This document shows, piece by piece, positions 17,533 to 18,854 of a stretch of 18,854 nt of DNA. This DNA comes from Gemmatimonadota bacterium. Lineage in GTDB: Bacteria > Gemmatimonadota > Gemmatimonadetes > Gemmatimonadales > Gemmatimonadaceae. The stretch's first letter is position 1; each line of letters starts with the position of its first letter. The notes under the pieces are model-generated. The model was not told where the DNA came from. It ran no database searches and saw only the letters and a list, made by a program, of their open reading frames with translations. The translations under genes were made by a program, and so were the position numbers. Location: positions 1 to 18,854 of the forward strand of contig JANMLN010000197.1 in the NCBI GenBank assembly GCA_031372565.1, read 5' to 3'.

Positions 17533-17883
17533 CTATGAACAGTAGAAGGGTAGTGAGTCTATGACGACCGCTCCCGCTGCGAGAGTGACCACCTTGTCTG
17601 GCCAGCCGCCGCCATTCACGATCTGCGCGCCAAGCGTGTGCTGCCCGACCGATGTCGCGAACGCGCGTGAGGTCGTGCGGTCGCCACCAGCAACAGCGAT
17701 CCTGAAGGTGTCGGCTGCGACCAGCGCACCGTCGATGTAGAGCCGGACGGGAATGATCGAGCTGCAGGCGTACGGAATGAGCCTGAAGTAGACAGTTGGC
17801 TGCGGGGCAACGGACCGGGAGCCGTCGCATGAGACGAGTGCGGACGCGACAACGCTGAGTAGTACCCGAGGCAGAACCGACAT
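17533..17883 (-). CDS. Hypothetical lipoprotein (about 116 aa)
   Basis: GGAG RBS, three tandem ATGs (17883-17889), lipobox ALVSC, beta-rich body. Lies between two attC sites. Confidence 0.75.
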   Translation of the reverse strand: MSVLPRVLLSVVASALVSCDGSRSVAPQPTVYFRLIPYACSSIIPVRLYIDGALVAADTFRIAVAGGDRTTSRAFATSVGQHTLGAQIVNGGGWPDKVVTLAAGAVVIDSLPFYCS

Positions 17884-17916
17884 CATCATCTCCGTTCGGA
17901 CTCTGTGCGGGTTGCG

Positions 17917-18054
17917 GCCTAACGATTTGTGCTTCAGCGGCGGGCGCCACAGGGAACTGAGCGGCCGCGCCATCCGCCGATCAACATCGGGGCGCGGCCG
18001 CGACTCGTCAAACGGAGCCCCTGGCGCCCGTCCGCCTGCAAGCACGGGCTAGAC
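17917..18054 (-). other. attC site
   Basis: gcctaac..gtgcttcagcggcgggcgcca pairs with tggcgcccgtccgcctgcaagcac (three bulged bases)..gctagac. R' GTTAGGC, R'' GTCTAGC. Confidence 0.92.
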
Positions 18055-18064
18055 CGCAACACAG

Positions 18065-18661
18065 TCAAGTAGCCTCGTCTGCGGATCGTCGGCGTTGCCA
18101 GTGCAGTGGCAGGGCGATCCGTTTCTCGATGTCGCCCGACCAAACCGGCGCCATTCCGTGACGCCGCAGTACCGCGTCGACCTCGCGCGCCACAGCGGCG
18201 ATCCCCTCGTCGTTCCCGCCGAGCGAGCCATAGTTCAGAAAGAGGCCCCCACCGTCTACCGCGTGTTCGGTGTCTTGCTCGTGATAGAAGGTGTAACCTC
18301 GGGCGCCCCTGCTGACCGCCGCTTGCACCTCGTCGCAGATCTCCGCGGTGCCACATGTCCCGCAGCAGGTGTAGTTCTGGCGAGCCAGGATCCCGCTGTT
18401 CTCGAGCGCGGCGAACGCGGCATCGAGCCGATCGCAGTCAGTGGTTGCAGGCCACGTGGACTGCTGCTTGAGCTGGTCGGCCAACTGGTCGCTGGCGAGG
18501 CGGGGGGCAAGTTCCGCGAGTGTGGCCTCGGGCGCCTCGCCGGCAAGGTCTTCGATGGCACGACGGGCAATGTCGGGTGCCGGCACAAAGGCCCCGGCCA
18601 CGTCGCGCCGGATGGCTTCCCGCAAATCAGCGATTACATCGTCGAGCGGTCGCGTGTCCAT
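18065..18661 (-). CDS. DUF6891-like hypothetical protein
   Basis: WPATTDCDRLDAAFAALE..GILARQNYTCCGTCG..GYTFYHEQD..LFLNYG..WQRR. ATG 18661 lies 14 bp after a core site. Confidence 0.8.
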   Translation of the reverse strand: MDTRPLDDVIADLREAIRRDVAGAFVPAPDIARRAIEDLAGEAPEATLAELAPRLASDQLADQLKQQSTWPATTDCDRLDAAFAALENSGILARQNYTCCGTCGTAEICDEVQAAVSRGARGYTFYHEQDTEHAVDGGGLFLNYGSLGGNDEGIAAVAREVDAVLRRHGMAPVWSGDIEKRIALPLHWQRRRSADEAT

Positions 18662-18675
18662 AATGCCCGGTTGCG

Positions 18676-18714
18676 GTCTAACGTGTGCTTCTGCTGCAGC
18701 CGCTTCCATAAAAA
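18676..18714 (-). other. attC half-site (R' arm), interrupted
   Basis: gtctaac gtgtgcttctgctgcagccgc ttccataaaaa shares gtgtgcttctgctgc with attC 14428. No partner arm follows in the window. Confidence 0.75.
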
Positions 18715-18854
18715 GGTTCTTCGGGGAATTTCGGGAATTGGGCGTGACAGGCGGCCCTCGGGGTGCCATCGTGTCGGCATCGGAGGTGCCGGATGGGACA
18801 CGACGAGTTGGCGGCGATTCTCGGGAGTTTTGACGGCTTCGAGCTGGTCGGGGT
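18715..18854 (+). mobile_element. Left end of a probable ISL3-family IS with transposase start at 18793 (runs off window)
   Basis: GGTTCTTC terminus (ISL3 ends are GG(C/T)TCT-like) follows an AT-rich target. GGAGG RBS, then MGHDELAAILGSFDGFELVG, similar to ISL3 transposase N-termini. Confidence 0.6.

Larger units (their letters stand above)
2980..18714 (-). mobile_element. Integron gene-cassette array (attC cluster; no integrase in window)
   Basis: About 11 imperfect palindromes of 94-138 bp with R''(RYYYAAC-like)...R'(GTTRRRY-like) ends and bulged stems, each placed immediately 3' of a co-oriented minus-strand ORF. A TA cassette is present. Confidence 0.9.

Noticed and set aside
2980..18714. 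Repeats as a CRISPR array, REP elements or terminators
   Set aside because: Units are non-identical, separated by whole genes, lack U-tracts, and have attC-type ends; no cas genes.
18662..18769. N-terminal extension of the DUF6891-like ORF (similarly 13908, 16720, 18045 and 6786 starts)
   Set aside because: These extensions run through attC sites or the IS end; the downstream ATGs fit cassette boundaries.

Overview
High-GC window, plausibly from a Gemmatimonadota-type bacterium (inferred from gene types, not verified). The left 2.9 kb holds two + strand genes: the 3' part of a TolB/PD40 beta-propeller membrane protein and an LpqP/PHB-depolymerase-like esterase. The main structure, which the ORF track does not show, is a minus-strand integron gene-cassette array running from about 2.95 kb to beyond the right edge. 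It has about 11 attC sites plus one interrupted half-site, each just downstream of a minus-strand gene. Cargo: alkyltransferase-like protein, two beta-lactamase-family serine hydrolases (one frameshifted), TPR protein, small membrane protein, DUF1905, truncated PIN toxin, two NTF2/SnoaL-like lipoproteins, VOC protein, an atypical four-domain multicopper oxidase, a Phd/YefM-RelE/ParE toxin-antitoxin pair, an orphan lipoprotein and a DUF6891-like protein. No intI is present in the window; orientation predicts it, if it exists, lies to the right. Many attC cores are non-canonical (GTG/CAC, GTC/GAC). The array is interrupted at about 8.9-13.3 kb by gene fragments, a phosphatidylserine decarboxylase, IS debris and a PEP-CTERM gene with a sigma54 motif. 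A probable ISL3 element has inserted into the last attC. Family assignments are from motif recognition only; no searches were run.
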